In this document: piece after piece, positions 17,622-26,422 of the stretch
How the letters are laid out: every line of letters starts with the position of its first letter
Numbering within the stretch: position 1 is the first letter of the stretch
Assembly: GCF_000734015.1 (NCBI RefSeq)
Contig: NZ_CP008796.1
Coordinates: forward strand, 1,230,001-1,262,000
DNA: 32,000 nt
Direction: 5' to 3'
DNA from: Thermodesulfobacterium commune DSM 2178
GTDB taxonomy: Bacteria; Desulfobacterota; Thermodesulfobacteria; Thermodesulfobacteriales; Thermodesulfobacteriaceae
Made by a program: the position numbers and the translations under genes
Notes under the pieces: model-generated
Told to the model about the DNA's origin: nothing
What the model saw: the letters and a program-made list of their open reading frames with translations, nothing else
Database searches by the model: none

Positions 17622-18626
17622 ATGAAAAGAGAACAAATCTTTAACAAAAAGTTTATAAAACACTTGGAAAAGAGGCTTGAAAAGGTTAAGGTTATCGTGG
17701 TAGGGGACCTGATCTTAGACTGTTACTTTTTAGGTGAAGTAAACCGTATCTCTCCGGAAGCCCCGGTACCTGTTTTCGACCTGAGTTCTACTTATTATAC
17801 CTTAGGAGGTGCAGCTAACGTTGCTGCTAACTTAAGAGGACTTAAAGTTCAGGTAGAGCTGATGGGGGTAGTAGGAAAGGACGATAAGGGAGAAACCTTA
17901 AAAGAGTTAGCTGTAAAACAAGGGATAGGAATTCAAGGGATAGTTGAAGACCCTAAAAGACCTACCACTGTTAAAACGAGAATTATAGCCCAGTCGCAAC
18001 AGCTTCTAAGGGTCGATTTTGAAAAAAGAGACCCTTTAGACCAGGAAACTATGGAAGTTTTAAAAGCTACCTATCAAAAGGTTTTACCAGAGACAGATGC
18101 GGTGATCCTCTCAGATTATGCCAAAGGTGTTCTAAAGGAAGAAAATTTTTGTAAGGAGCTGATAGAAGAAGCCAGAAAAGCAGGTAAAGCGGTTTTGGTT
18201 GACCCAAAGAGTATCAACTGGGAGAAATACCAAAAGGCCACAACTATCACTCCTAACCTTAAGGAATTTAAAGAAACAGCCCTTAAAGAAAACCTTTCTA
18301 CAAACGACTTGGAACAATCTGGGAGGGCCTTGATACAAAAGTTTGGGTTAGACTTTTTGGTGATCACCTTAGGTAAAGATGGGGTATTTCTGGTACAGCC
18401 AGAAAAGGGTGGGCTCCATCTTCCTGCCCAGGCTAAAGAAGTTTATGATGTGTCTGGGGCAGGAGATACGATGATTTCCTCTTTAACCGCTTTTTATGCC
18501 GCAGGAGTCCCGTTAGAAAAAGCCTTAGAACTGGCTAACATAGCCGCAGGCATCGTAGTAGGTAAAGTAGGGACAAAACCTGTTTACTGGGAAGAAATTA
18601 AAGCTTTCTTGGACAAAAAACATTAG
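17622..18626 (+). CDS. hldA: D-glycero-beta-D-manno-heptose-7-phosphate kinase (RfaE/HldE domain I type, PfkB family; kinase-only)
   Basis: [13 protein letters not shown]...[17 protein letters not shown], and the PfkB signature DVSGAGDT. At 334 aa it lacks the adenylyltransferase domain. Confidence 0.75.
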   Translation: MKREQIFNKKFIKHLEKRLEKVKVIVVGDLILDCYFLGEVNRISPEAPVPVFDLSSTYYTLGGAANVAANLRGLKVQVELMGVVGKDDKGETLKELAVKQGIGIQGIVEDPKRPTTVKTRIIAQSQQLLRVDFEKRDPLDQETMEVLKATYQKVLPETDAVILSDYAKGVLKEENFCKELIEEARKAGKAVLVDPKSINWEKYQKATTITPNLKEFKETALKENLSTNDLEQSGRALIQKFGLDFLVITLGKDGVFLVQPEKGGLHLPAQAKEVYDVSGAGDTMISSLTAFYAAGVPLEKALELANIAAGIVVGKVGTKPVYWEEIKAFLDKKH

Positions 18627-18636
18627 GAGGGCCTTC

Positions 18637-19917
18637 ATGGGTAAAATAGCAACCATAAGAGCAAGAGAAATTCTTGATTCCAGAGGTAATCCCACTTTAG
18701 AGGTAGAAGTATGGTTAGACAGTGGTTTTTATGGAAGGGCTGCCGTTCCCTCTGGGGCTTCTACGGGAAAGTATGAAGCTCTTGAGCTTAGAGATGGAGA
18801 GAAAGAAAGATTTTTTGGGAAAGGTGTGCAAAAGGCGGTTTTCAACGTAAACGAAATCATCGCCCCTCAGTTAGAAGGATTAGACTCAGGAAGGCAAACA
18901 GAAATAGACAAACTGCTTTGTGAACTTGATGGAACAGAAAACAAATCTAACTTAGGGGCTAACGCTATCTTAGGGGTTTCTTTAGCCTGTGCCAGGGCTA
19001 CTGCAGAGGAATTAGGAATGCCTCTTTTTGCTTATATCGGAGGGATAAGAGCCCGCACCTTACCTGTACCTTTTATGAACGTCATAAACGGAGGGGTTCA
19101 TGCAGACAACCCGTTAGATTTTCAGGAGTTCATGATAGCTCCCTGGGGAGCAAAATCCTTTGCCGAAGCTTTAAGGATGGGCGCTGAGGTTTACCATGCC
19201 TTAAAAAGTATCCTTAAACAGGAAGGTTTAAGCACCTCCATCGGAGATGAAGGAGGTTTTGCCCCTCAGATAAGACTCCCTGAAGAAGCATTGGAATATC
19301 TCATAAAAGCTATAGAAAAAGCCGGGTATACCCCAGGAGAAGATGTAGCCTTAGCGATGGATGTGGCTGCCTCTGAGCTTTATCAAGACGGGGTTTACTT
19401 CCTAAAAGGTATCGACAAAAAACTGTCTACAGAAGAAATGGTAGAATATTATGAAAGATTGGTAAACAACTATCCTATCATATCGATCGAAGATCCTTTA
19501 TCTGAAGAAGACCCAGAAGGATTTAAATTAATTACCCAAAGAATAGGGAATAAAGTTCAAATAGTAGGAGACGACATCTTTGTGACCAACCCTAAAAAGA
19601 TAAAATGGGGTATAGAAAACAAGATGGCTAACGCGGTTCTTATAAAACTTAATCAGATAGGAACCCTTACAGAAACCATAGAGGCAGTTGAACTTGCCTA
19701 CAAACATAAATGGAATTGTATGATATCTCACAGGTCAGGAGAAACAGAAGATACCTTTATCGCAGACCTTGCGGTAGCTCTTAACACCGGTCTTATTAAG
19801 ACTGGTGCTCCTGCCAGAGGAGAAAGAGTGGCAAAGTTTAACCAGCTTTTAAGGATCGAAGAATACTTAGGGGATGCTTCAATCTTTGCAGGAAAACAAA
19901 TTTTATCTAATCTGTAA
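18637..19917 (+). CDS. eno: enolase (phosphopyruvate hydratase)
   Basis: [67 protein letters not shown]. Confidence 0.97.
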   Translation: MGKIATIRAREILDSRGNPTLEVEVWLDSGFYGRAAVPSGASTGKYEALELRDGEKERFFGKGVQKAVFNVNEIIAPQLEGLDSGRQTEIDKLLCELDGTENKSNLGANAILGVSLACARATAEELGMPLFAYIGGIRARTLPVPFMNVINGGVHADNPLDFQEFMIAPWGAKSFAEALRMGAEVYHALKSILKQEGLSTSIGDEGGFAPQIRLPEEALEYLIKAIEKAGYTPGEDVALAMDVAASELYQDGVYFLKGIDKKLSTEEMVEYYERLVNNYPIISIEDPLSEEDPEGFKLITQRIGNKVQIVGDDIFVTNPKKIKWGIENKMANAVLIKLNQIGTLTETIEAVELAYKHKWNCMISHRSGETEDTFIADLAVALNTGLIKTGAPARGERVAKFNQLLRIEEYLGDASIFAGKQILSNL

Positions 19918-19924
19918 GAAGACC

Positions 19925-21229
19925 ATGGATATAGAGGCCCTTATAAAATTTGTTGATAAGGATCCCGGTCTTGAGTTTTGGATAGAAAAAGAAAAAGGTA
20001 AATCCTTAGAAAAAAAAGAGGGAAAAATCTTCTTAGAAGAGGAATACCGAGACGAAAGCCTTACGGTTAGATATTTAAATCCAAACGGAAGAGCTGGGCT
20101 TTCTTATACCACCTCTTTAGATGAAACTAACGTTGAGCTTGCGGTAAATAAAGCCAAAGTCCTTTCAGACAAAGGAATGCCTGCTTCTTTTCCAGAAGAG
20201 GTTCCTTCTAAGGTGTTTTCTCCTAAAGTTTCGATCCCAGATGAGGACTTTAAAGCCTTTTTAGAGGAGCTTGAAGAAACAGCCTTAAGCTTTGACCGAA
20301 TCAAAAAAGTAGAAAAAATCAAACTTTCCTGGGGGAAACATAAAATCGCCCTTTTAAGAAAAGGGATTTTACTTGTCTGGGAAGAACCTTTTTATACTTT
20401 TTTAATTTCAGTAATAGCAGGGAATAGAGAAAAAGAAGCCTCTTCTTATGAATGGTATGAAGGAAGGAGGTTAGACAAGAAAGAAATAAAACAAAGGGTA
20501 AAAGAGGCCTGTGTTCGAGGTTCACTCTTAAGTCAAAGCCACAAGGGAGTTAACCTAAAAATTCCGGTGCTTTTCCCCCCTTTTATGGCTGTAGACCTGT
20601 TAGAGGTCTTGGAGTTCTCCTTTTTAGGAGAAGAAGTTATAAAAGGCAGATCTTTTCTAAAAGATAAGTTAGGAGATAAGTTCTTTTCTGAAAACCTTAC
20701 CCTGATAGATGACGGGTTAACCGAAGGGCTTATCGAAAGCCGACCTTTTGACGACGAAGGTGCCCCACAAACCACAAAAACCCTTTTAGAAAGGGGAGTA
20801 ATAAAAGGTTATCTTTTTGATACCTACTGGAAAAAACAGGCTGAAAATCTTGGATTGGGGCACTTTACCTCAGGAAATGCACGAAGGAATGATTTTAAAA
20901 GTAGTCCTAAAGTAAGTTCAACCAACCTTTACTTGAAAGGAGGACCTTATACTAAAGAAGAGCTACTTAGATTTTCTTCTGAGGTATTTGAGGTGTTAGA
21001 ACTTTTGGGAAGTCATACAGCAGACCCCATCTCTGGTGAGTTTTCGGTAGGGGTTTCTGGGGTTTATTATAAAAACGGAGAGCCGGTTAAGGTTTTAAGT
21101 GAGATGGCTCTTTCAGGAAACATTTTTGAGATGTTTAAAAAAGTGGTGGCTGTAGGCCAAGACCTTCGTTTTTATGGAAGTGTGGGTAGTCCAAGCCTTC
21201 TGATAGATAAGATGGATTTAGGAGGATAA
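19925..21229 (+). CDS. TldD/PmbA-family putative metalloprotease / modulator protein
   Basis: C-terminal family pattern: FDDEGAPQTTKTLLERGVIKGYLFD...SGNARR...STNLYLKGG...GEFSVGVSGVYYKNGE. The start is set at the ATG at 19925 (MDIEALIKF), because the track start at 19874 overlaps the end of eno. Confidence 0.75.
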   Translation: MDIEALIKFVDKDPGLEFWIEKEKGKSLEKKEGKIFLEEEYRDESLTVRYLNPNGRAGLSYTTSLDETNVELAVNKAKVLSDKGMPASFPEEVPSKVFSPKVSIPDEDFKAFLEELEETALSFDRIKKVEKIKLSWGKHKIALLRKGILLVWEEPFYTFLISVIAGNREKEASSYEWYEGRRLDKKEIKQRVKEACVRGSLLSQSHKGVNLKIPVLFPPFMAVDLLEVLEFSFLGEEVIKGRSFLKDKLGDKFFSENLTLIDDGLTEGLIESRPFDDEGAPQTTKTLLERGVIKGYLFDTYWKKQAENLGLGHFTSGNARRNDFKSSPKVSSTNLYLKGGPYTKEELLRFSSEVFEVLELLGSHTADPISGEFSVGVSGVYYKNGEPVKVLSEMALSGNIFEMFKKVVAVGQDLRFYGSVGSPSLLIDKMDLGG

Positions 21230-21230
21230 A

Positions 21231-22268
21231 ATGACCCTTAAAGAAGGGATTATAAAACTTAAACAAAATCAACATCTTACCCAAGAAGAGGCTTATCATA
21301 TCTTTAAATCGTTAGCTACAGACGACTTCTCTCCCGAAGAGGTAGAACTTTTTTTAGAACTCTTAAGACAAAAGGGAGAAACCTGGCAAGAGATTACCGG
21401 AGCGGCTTTAGCTTATAGAGAAGTGATGACTAAACTTCCGTTTAATCCCCCTGAAGGAGCCATTTTGGTAGACACCTGTGGAACAGGAGGGGATGCTAAA
21501 AATAGTTTTAACTTTTCTACGGCTGTAGCCATCGCCCTTTCCTCGGTAGAGGGAGTGTATGTAGCCAAGCATGGGAACCGCTCTGTTTCCAGTCAATCAG
21601 GAAGTGCTGACCTTCTTGAGGCCTCAGGGATTCCCCTTGACCTATCCCCTGAAGCCTCAGCCCAAGCTTTAACAGACCTGAAATTTACTTTCCTGTTTGC
21701 TCCCTTATACCACCCAGCCTTTAAAAAAGTCATCCCCATCCGCCAAAAACTTGGTAGAACCATCTTTAACCTTTTAGGACCGCTCTTAAACCCTGCCTCT
21801 CCCACCCATCAGCTGATGGGGGTTTACAGTTACGTGATGACCGAAAAAATAGCTTATGTGCTTGACGCCTTAAAGGTAAAACGAGCACTTGTGGTCTTTG
21901 GAGAAGAAGGGTTTGACGAGGTTACCATCACCGGTTCAACCAAGATTTCAGAACTAAGAGACGAAAGGATTACCACCTACTTTTTAGACCCCGAAGATCT
22001 GGGTTTTGAAAGATGTGAGAACTTAGAAGAATTACAGGTTAAAAGTCCACAACATAGCCTTGAAATATTAGAAAAACTCTTTAAAAATCAGCTTGAAGGT
22101 CCTGTAAAAGACATGTTTCTTTTAAATTTAGGGGCAGCACTTTATCTTTGTGAAAAAGCAATAGACATAAGATCAGGTGTAGAAAAGGCCAAAGAACTTG
22201 TAAGGTCTGGGCAAATCTGGGATAAGTGGCAGGAAATAAAAAACTATTATAGAAATCTGAAAAACTAA
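21231..22268 (+). CDS. trpD: anthranilate phosphoribosyltransferase
   Basis: VDTCGTGGDAKNSFNFSTA, KHGNRSVSSQSGSADLLEASG, NLLGPLLNP. A 1-nt gap separates it from the upstream stop. Confidence 0.85.
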   Translation: MTLKEGIIKLKQNQHLTQEEAYHIFKSLATDDFSPEEVELFLELLRQKGETWQEITGAALAYREVMTKLPFNPPEGAILVDTCGTGGDAKNSFNFSTAVAIALSSVEGVYVAKHGNRSVSSQSGSADLLEASGIPLDLSPEASAQALTDLKFTFLFAPLYHPAFKKVIPIRQKLGRTIFNLLGPLLNPASPTHQLMGVYSYVMTEKIAYVLDALKVKRALVVFGEEGFDEVTITGSTKISELRDERITTYFLDPEDLGFERCENLEELQVKSPQHSLEILEKLFKNQLEGPVKDMFLLNLGAALYLCEKAIDIRSGVEKAKELVRSGQIWDKWQEIKNYYRNLKN

Positions 22269-22277
22269 AAAGTTAAA

Positions 22278-22350
22278 AGCCGGCGGAGGGACTTGAACCC
22301 TCAACCCTGGGATTACAAATCCCATGCTCTGCCGATTGAGCTACGCCGGC
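22278..22350 (-). tRNA. tRNA-Thr (anticodon UGU)
   Basis: Manual cloverleaf fold of the reverse complement: GCCGGCG-TA-GCTC-AATCGGCA-GAGC-A-TGGGA-TTTGTAA-TCCCA-GGGTT-GAGGG-TTCAAGT-CCCTC-CGCCGGC-T. All four stems pair. CCA is not encoded. Confidence 0.93.
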
Positions 22351-22385
22351 AGAGAATTTATATAAAGAATTTTCCTCCCCAGAAA

Positions 22386-22476
22386 CGGAGGAGGCGGGAT
22401 TCGAACCCGCGGTACGGGTTTTAGCCCGTACACTCGCTTAGCAGGCGAGCGCCTTCGACCTCTCGGCCACTCCTCC
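22386..22476 (-). tRNA. tRNA-Ser (anticodon GCU), class II with a long variable arm
   Basis: Acceptor stem GGAGGAG/CTCCTCC, anticodon arm CTCGC-CTGCTAA-GCGAG, 7-bp variable-arm stem GTACGGG/CCCGTAC, T arm GCGGG-TTCGAAT-CCCGC. CCA is not encoded. Confidence 0.93.
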
Positions 22477-22494
22477 AAAAAAAAATTTAAAAAA

Positions 22495-22566
22495 TTCCGG
22501 GGCGTGGATTCGAACCACGATTCTGGGAGCCAAAGTCCCATGTCCTGCCAGTTAGACGACCCCGGA
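22495..22566 (-). tRNA. tRNA-Gln (anticodon UUG)
   Basis: Acceptor stem TCCGGGG/CCCCGGA (U1-A72 pair, typical of bacterial tRNA-Gln), anticodon arm TGGGA-CTTTGGC-TCCCA, T arm CGTGG-TTCGAAT-CCACG. CCA is not encoded. Confidence 0.9.
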
Positions 22567-22591
22567 ATTGTTCCACATACCTTTTGTATAA

Positions 22592-22619
22592 AATATAACA
22601 TATTTTCTGGTTTTGTAAA
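22592..22619 (-). promoter_or_regulatory. sigma70-type promoter candidate for the tRNA cluster (TTTACA, 16-nt spacer, TGtTATATT)
   Basis: On the minus strand the -35 TTTACA is the complement of 22614-22619. The extended -10 TGT-TATATT is the complement of 22592-22600. This sits about 25 nt upstream of the tRNA-Gln 5' end. Confidence 0.4.
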
Positions 22620-22711
22620 GTTAACCTTTCCTCTTATTACTTTAAAAGAAAAATATTTAATTTATAATTTATTCTAAGTAGTAAAATCAAACCTATACAG
22701 GAGAAAAAACT

Positions 22712-22909
22712 ATGAACAACTTTGAAGGATGTTGGGTATGTTCTACTTCAAATTGTGGTTATATCTACAATCCCTCTAAAGGGGACCGAAAGGGTAAAAT
22801 CCCTCCAGGTACACCTTTTGAGAAACTGCCTGAAGACTGGAAATGCCCAATCTGTGGAGCAAGCAAAAAAGCTTTTAGACCGATGGAACAATTAGAAGAA
22901 AAACCTTAA
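22712..22909 (+). CDS. rubredoxin, variant with an atypical first cysteine knuckle
   Basis: [41 protein letters not shown] aligns with the canonical rubredoxin pattern CGYxYxPxxGDxxxGIxPGTxFxxLPxDWxCPxCG. The first knuckle reads C-WV-C-STSN-C instead of CxxC. The RBS AGGAG lies 8 nt upstream. Confidence 0.85.
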   Translation: MNNFEGCWVCSTSNCGYIYNPSKGDRKGKIPPGTPFEKLPEDWKCPICGASKKAFRPMEQLEEKP

Positions 22910-22914
22910 AAAAT

Positions 22915-22943
22915 TTGACAAAATTAAAATCTTATTTTATAAT
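22915..22943 (+). promoter_or_regulatory. consensus sigma70 promoter (TTGACA, 17-nt spacer, TATAAT)
   Basis: TTGACA lies at 22915-22920 and TATAAT at 22938-22943, with an exact 17-nt spacer. A second TATAAT lies at 22947-22952. It is upstream of the CGGC-domain gene, which has the strong RBS AAGGAGG. Confidence 0.55.
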
Positions 22944-23001
22944 ATTTATAATGTTAATCAACAATATACTTTAGCTTTTATGATAAAGGAGGGGGGCGAC
23001 T

Positions 23002-23379
23002 ATGAAAAACATCGTTTTAGTAAAATGTAAGATGATCTCTGAACAAAACCTGTGTCCAGGGGATGCCAAATGTTTTGTAGCTTTAAGTAGAAAAGAAGGA
23101 GAGTTTGCAAGATATCAAGAGGAGGGTGCTCATATTGTAGGTATCGTAGACTGTGGAGGTTGTGAAGGAAACAAAAATAGGGTAATCTGTAGCTTATTGC
23201 TCTTAAAAATTCAATTAAACGCCCTCAACGAAAAGGTAGACGCTGTACATGTAGGCACCTGTATCATGAAGTTCTGCAAAAGAAAAGACGACCTAATTGC
23301 TGCCATCAAAGAAAAAGCCGGAGTAGAGGTGGTAGAAGGCACCCATCCTTATGCACCACCAAGCATCTTTGGAAGTTAA
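23002..23379 (+). CDS. CGGC-domain protein (Cys-rich, putative metal or Fe-S binding; function unknown)
   Basis: IVGIVDCGGCEG carries the eponymous CGGC motif. Additional conserved-looking Cys/His residues occur in LCPGDAKCF, HVGTCIMKFC and GTHPY. Confidence 0.7.
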   Translation: MKNIVLVKCKMISEQNLCPGDAKCFVALSRKEGEFARYQEEGAHIVGIVDCGGCEGNKNRVICSLLLLKIQLNALNEKVDAVHVGTCIMKFCKRKDDLIAAIKEKAGVEVVEGTHPYAPPSIFGS

Positions 23380-23382
23380 GTT

Positions 23383-24330
23383 TTAATCAAACATTTTTAA
23401 AAACAACCTGTAGAACACCAGTTCTGGGTTAAGGTATCGGTCTAAGGCTTGTAAGGTTTCTTGAATTAAGGAAAAAGCTGGATAGGGCTCTTTAGGATAA
23501 ATCTCTTCTGGAAAAGCTTCTGGATAAGGATAGTCGATTAATCTTTTTAGATAAGACCTCCATATCCAAACTAAGACCAAATAAAATATCACTTCTAAAT
23601 CTTGGTAGTTGAAGCTGGCAAACCTTTCTGCTACCCTAAACCTTAGGTATGGGCTGTTAGAAAACCCTGCCTTTACAAAACTGTTAAGCTCTTCCAAAAA
23701 ACCTTTTTCTGCAATGGTTAACGCTCTTCCTAAGCTACCTTGAGAAATCTCTGCTAATGTCTGAGAAACTTGTTTTTCAAATCCATACCGTTCGGTTAAA
23801 ACTCTATAAACTGTCGTTTTGGGTAAAGGATGAAACCTGACCACTTGCGACCTTGAAACCACCGTCGGTAAAAGCTGAGTAAAATTTTCTGTAATAAGAA
23901 TAAAGATTCCATAAGAAGGAGGTTCTTCTAAGGATTTTAGAAGAGCATTGGCTGCCTCAAGGTTCATCCTTTCCGCATTCTGAATTAAAATCACCTTATA
24001 CTTTGCCTCTATAGGACGGTATCTCAAAAAATTGATGATCTCCCTTATCTGGTCTATTTTTATCTCTTTTTTTTCAGGACTAATTTTCAAAACATCAGGA
24101 TGAGTTTCCTTGGATATCTTCTTACAGGCTACACAAACTCCACAGGGAGAAAGGGGGTCTTTTTGACAAAAAAGATGAAAAACAAAGGCATAAGCTGTAG
24201 TTTCTTTTCCTACTCCCTTAGGACCGGTAAAAAGATAGGCATGGGATAAACGGTCTGTAGATAGAGCCCTTTTCAGTAAGGTCACAGCAGGGTTTTGATT
24301 TAAAATTTGATCCAAAGTTATTACATTCAT
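23383..24330 (-). CDS. holB: DNA polymerase III subunit delta prime
   Basis: HAYLFTGPKGVGKETTA (degenerate Walker A), Zn module CGVCVACKKI, LKSLEEPP, TVVSRSQVVRF (SRC-type motif). Its start overlaps the murA stop (ATGA). Confidence 0.88.
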   Translation of the reverse strand: MNVITLDQILNQNPAVTLLKRALSTDRLSHAYLFTGPKGVGKETTAYAFVFHLFCQKDPLSPCGVCVACKKISKETHPDVLKISPEKKEIKIDQIREIINFLRYRPIEAKYKVILIQNAERMNLEAANALLKSLEEPPSYGIFILITENFTQLLPTVVSRSQVVRFHPLPKTTVYRVLTERYGFEKQVSQTLAEISQGSLGRALTIAEKGFLEELNSFVKAGFSNSPYLRFRVAERFASFNYQDLEVIFYLVLVWIWRSYLKRLIDYPYPEAFPEEIYPKEPYPAFSLIQETLQALDRYLNPELVFYRLFLKMFD

Positions 24331-25601
24331 AAGGTTTCAACTTCTATTTTTGCACCTAATCCTTGTAATTTTTCTACAAAGTTTTCATACCCTCTCTCTA
24401 TTAGCTCTACGTTATACACGGTGGTTGTGTTTTCAGCACAAAGGCCTGCTAAAACTAAAGCGGCCCCAGCTCTTAGGTCTGTTGCTTTTACCGGGGAGCC
24501 AAAAAGAGGGGTCACACCATTAACAATCGCAGTCCTGTCCTCTAACTTAATGTTTGCTCCCATCCTGTTTAACTCAAAAACGTATAAAAACCGGTTTTCA
24601 AAAAGGTTCTCTACCACCAAAGACATGCCTTGAGCCTGGGTTAACAACACCGTAAAAATAGGCTGCAAATCTGTAGGGAAGCCAGGATAAGGGGCGGTAA
24701 CTATTTTGGTAGCCTTTAAACTTTTCTCCCTTTTAACCAAGCAAGACCTTTTACCTGTTTTTTCTACATAAACCCCTATTTCTCGAAGCTTAGAAACAGG
24801 AACCTCTAAGTAAGATAGGTTTACGTTTTTTATCTCTAACTCGTTTTCTTCTAAAAGCCCTCCTAAGACTAAAAACGTACCAGCCTCTATCCGGTCGGGG
24901 ATAATTTCTATGTGTGCAGGTTTTAACTTTTTTTTACCTTTCACATATATGGTATCCTCTCCCTCCCCTTTTATATGGGCTCCCATACTTTTTAAAACCT
25001 CAGCTAAAAAAACAACCTCTGGCTCTTTAGCTGCATTTTTAATAACCGTCTCTCCTTCTGCTACAGAAGCTGCCATAAGTAAATTTTCTGTAGCAGTTAC
25101 TGAGGGAAAATCAAGCACTATCTCGCATCCCTTTAGGTTTAAAGCCTTTACCCTCAGGTTTCCATGATACAAAGAGATCTCTGCCCCTAATTTTTCCATT
25201 CCTTTTAAATGCAGGTCTATCGGCCTTTTACCGATAGCACATCCTCCTGGAAGAGGGACCTCAGCCTCTCCTTTAGCCCCTAAAAGGGCTCCCAAAAACA
25301 ACACCGAAGCCCTTATTTGAGTAGCCAGTTCATAAGGAACTGAAGTTTTGTTTATACCTGAGGTATTTATTATAAGTGCGTCCTTTTCAAAAGACCAGGT
25401 AGCCCCTAAAAACTCTAAAATCTTTAGCATGCAAAAAACATCCCTTACCTTAGGAACCCTCTTTAACCGATACTCTCCTGGTGCAAGCAAAGTAGCAGCA
25501 ATCGCAGGCAAGGCAGCATTTTTAGCTCCGCTAACCTCTACCACCCCTTTTAAAGGGTATCCACCTTTTATCACATACCTTCTTTCGCTTACTCTTTCCA
25601 T
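24327..25601 (-). CDS. murA: UDP-N-acetylglucosamine 1-carboxyvinyltransferase
   Basis: VSGAKNAALPAIAATLL, active-site loop PGGCAIGKRPIDLHL (catalytic Cys), GFPTDLQP, DLRAGAALVLAGL. Confidence 0.95.
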   Translation of the reverse strand: MERVSERRYVIKGGYPLKGVVEVSGAKNAALPAIAATLLAPGEYRLKRVPKVRDVFCMLKILEFLGATWSFEKDALIINTSGINKTSVPYELATQIRASVLFLGALLGAKGEAEVPLPGGCAIGKRPIDLHLKGMEKLGAEISLYHGNLRVKALNLKGCEIVLDFPSVTATENLLMAASVAEGETVIKNAAKEPEVVFLAEVLKSMGAHIKGEGEDTIYVKGKKKLKPAHIEIIPDRIEAGTFLVLGGLLEENELEIKNVNLSYLEVPVSKLREIGVYVEKTGKRSCLVKREKSLKATKIVTAPYPGFPTDLQPIFTVLLTQAQGMSLVVENLFENRFLYVFELNRMGANIKLEDRTAIVNGVTPLFGSPVKATDLRAGAALVLAGLCAENTTTVYNVELIERGYENFVEKLQGLGAKIEVETL

Positions 25602-26422
25602 AACACCACTACCCTCTCATATCCTCTTAAGTCACGATAAAACTTAGCTTCCCAGTTATGTTTTTTAGCCAACTCTCTAACTTTTTCTCCCTGATTATAG
25701 CCTATTTCTAAAATTAAAAAACCTCCCCTTTTTAGGTAATAAGGAGCCTCTTGCATCAACCTTTCGTGAAACTCTGTTCCTTTTGGACCTGCAACCAAAG
25801 CCTCCTTAGGTTCAAAAACACGGACTTCCTCTTCCAGGTTTTCCCATTCTTCTAAACTGAGATAGGGCGGGTTAGAAAAAATCACATTAAAATAACCAGA
25901 TTTTTTAAAAGGAGTTAAGCCATCTCCTCTTAACAAAAACAACCTTTCTTCTACCTGGTAGAACCGAGCGTTTTTATCAGTTAAGGCAAGAGCCTTGGGA
26001 TTTATATCTACCCCTACACCTTTTAGTCCTGACTTTTCTAAAAGTAAGGTAATCACTATCACCCCTGACCCTACCCCTAACTCTAAAACCCATCCTTGTT
26101 CTATATTTAAATCAAGAAAAGCCTCAACTAAAGTTTCAGTATCTTGCCGTGGAATCAGCACCCCCTCTTCTACCTTAAATTTTCTACCCCAAAAATAGGC
26201 CTCTTTAAGGATATAAGCTAAAGGCTTTCGTTTTAACCTCTCTTCGAGAATCTCCCAGAATTTTTCCTCTGAAATCTCCTCATCAAAATAAAGATACACT
26301 GAAAGAGGTTTTACCTTTAAAATATGAGAAAGGATTAACAGAACTTCCCAAGTAGCATACTCAGGGTCTTCAATCTGAGAAAGAAGTGTTCTTCCTTGAC
26401 TAAAGGCCTGAGAAACCTTCAT
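25589..26422 (-). CDS. prmC: peptide chain release factor N5-glutamine methyltransferase
   Basis: KPLAYILKEAYFWGRKFKVEEGVLIPRQDTE, SAM motif LELGVGSGVI, catalytic NPPY (FSNPPYL). Confidence 0.9.
   Translation of the reverse strand: MKVSQAFSQGRTLLSQIEDPEYATWEVLLILSHILKVKPLSVYLYFDEEISEEKFWEILEERLKRKPLAYILKEAYFWGRKFKVEEGVLIPRQDTETLVEAFLDLNIEQGWVLELGVGSGVIVITLLLEKSGLKGVGVDINPKALALTDKNARFYQVEERLFLLRGDGLTPFKKSGYFNVIFSNPPYLSLEEWENLEEEVRVFEPKEALVAGPKGTEFHERLMQEAPYYLKRGGFLILEIGYNQGEKVRELAKKHNWEAKFYRDLRGYERVVVLWKE

Noticed and set aside
22341-22601. An 86-aa minus-strand ORF
   Set aside because: It runs through tRNA-Ser and tRNA-Gln and their spacers. It is an artefact of GC-rich tRNA sequence lacking stops.
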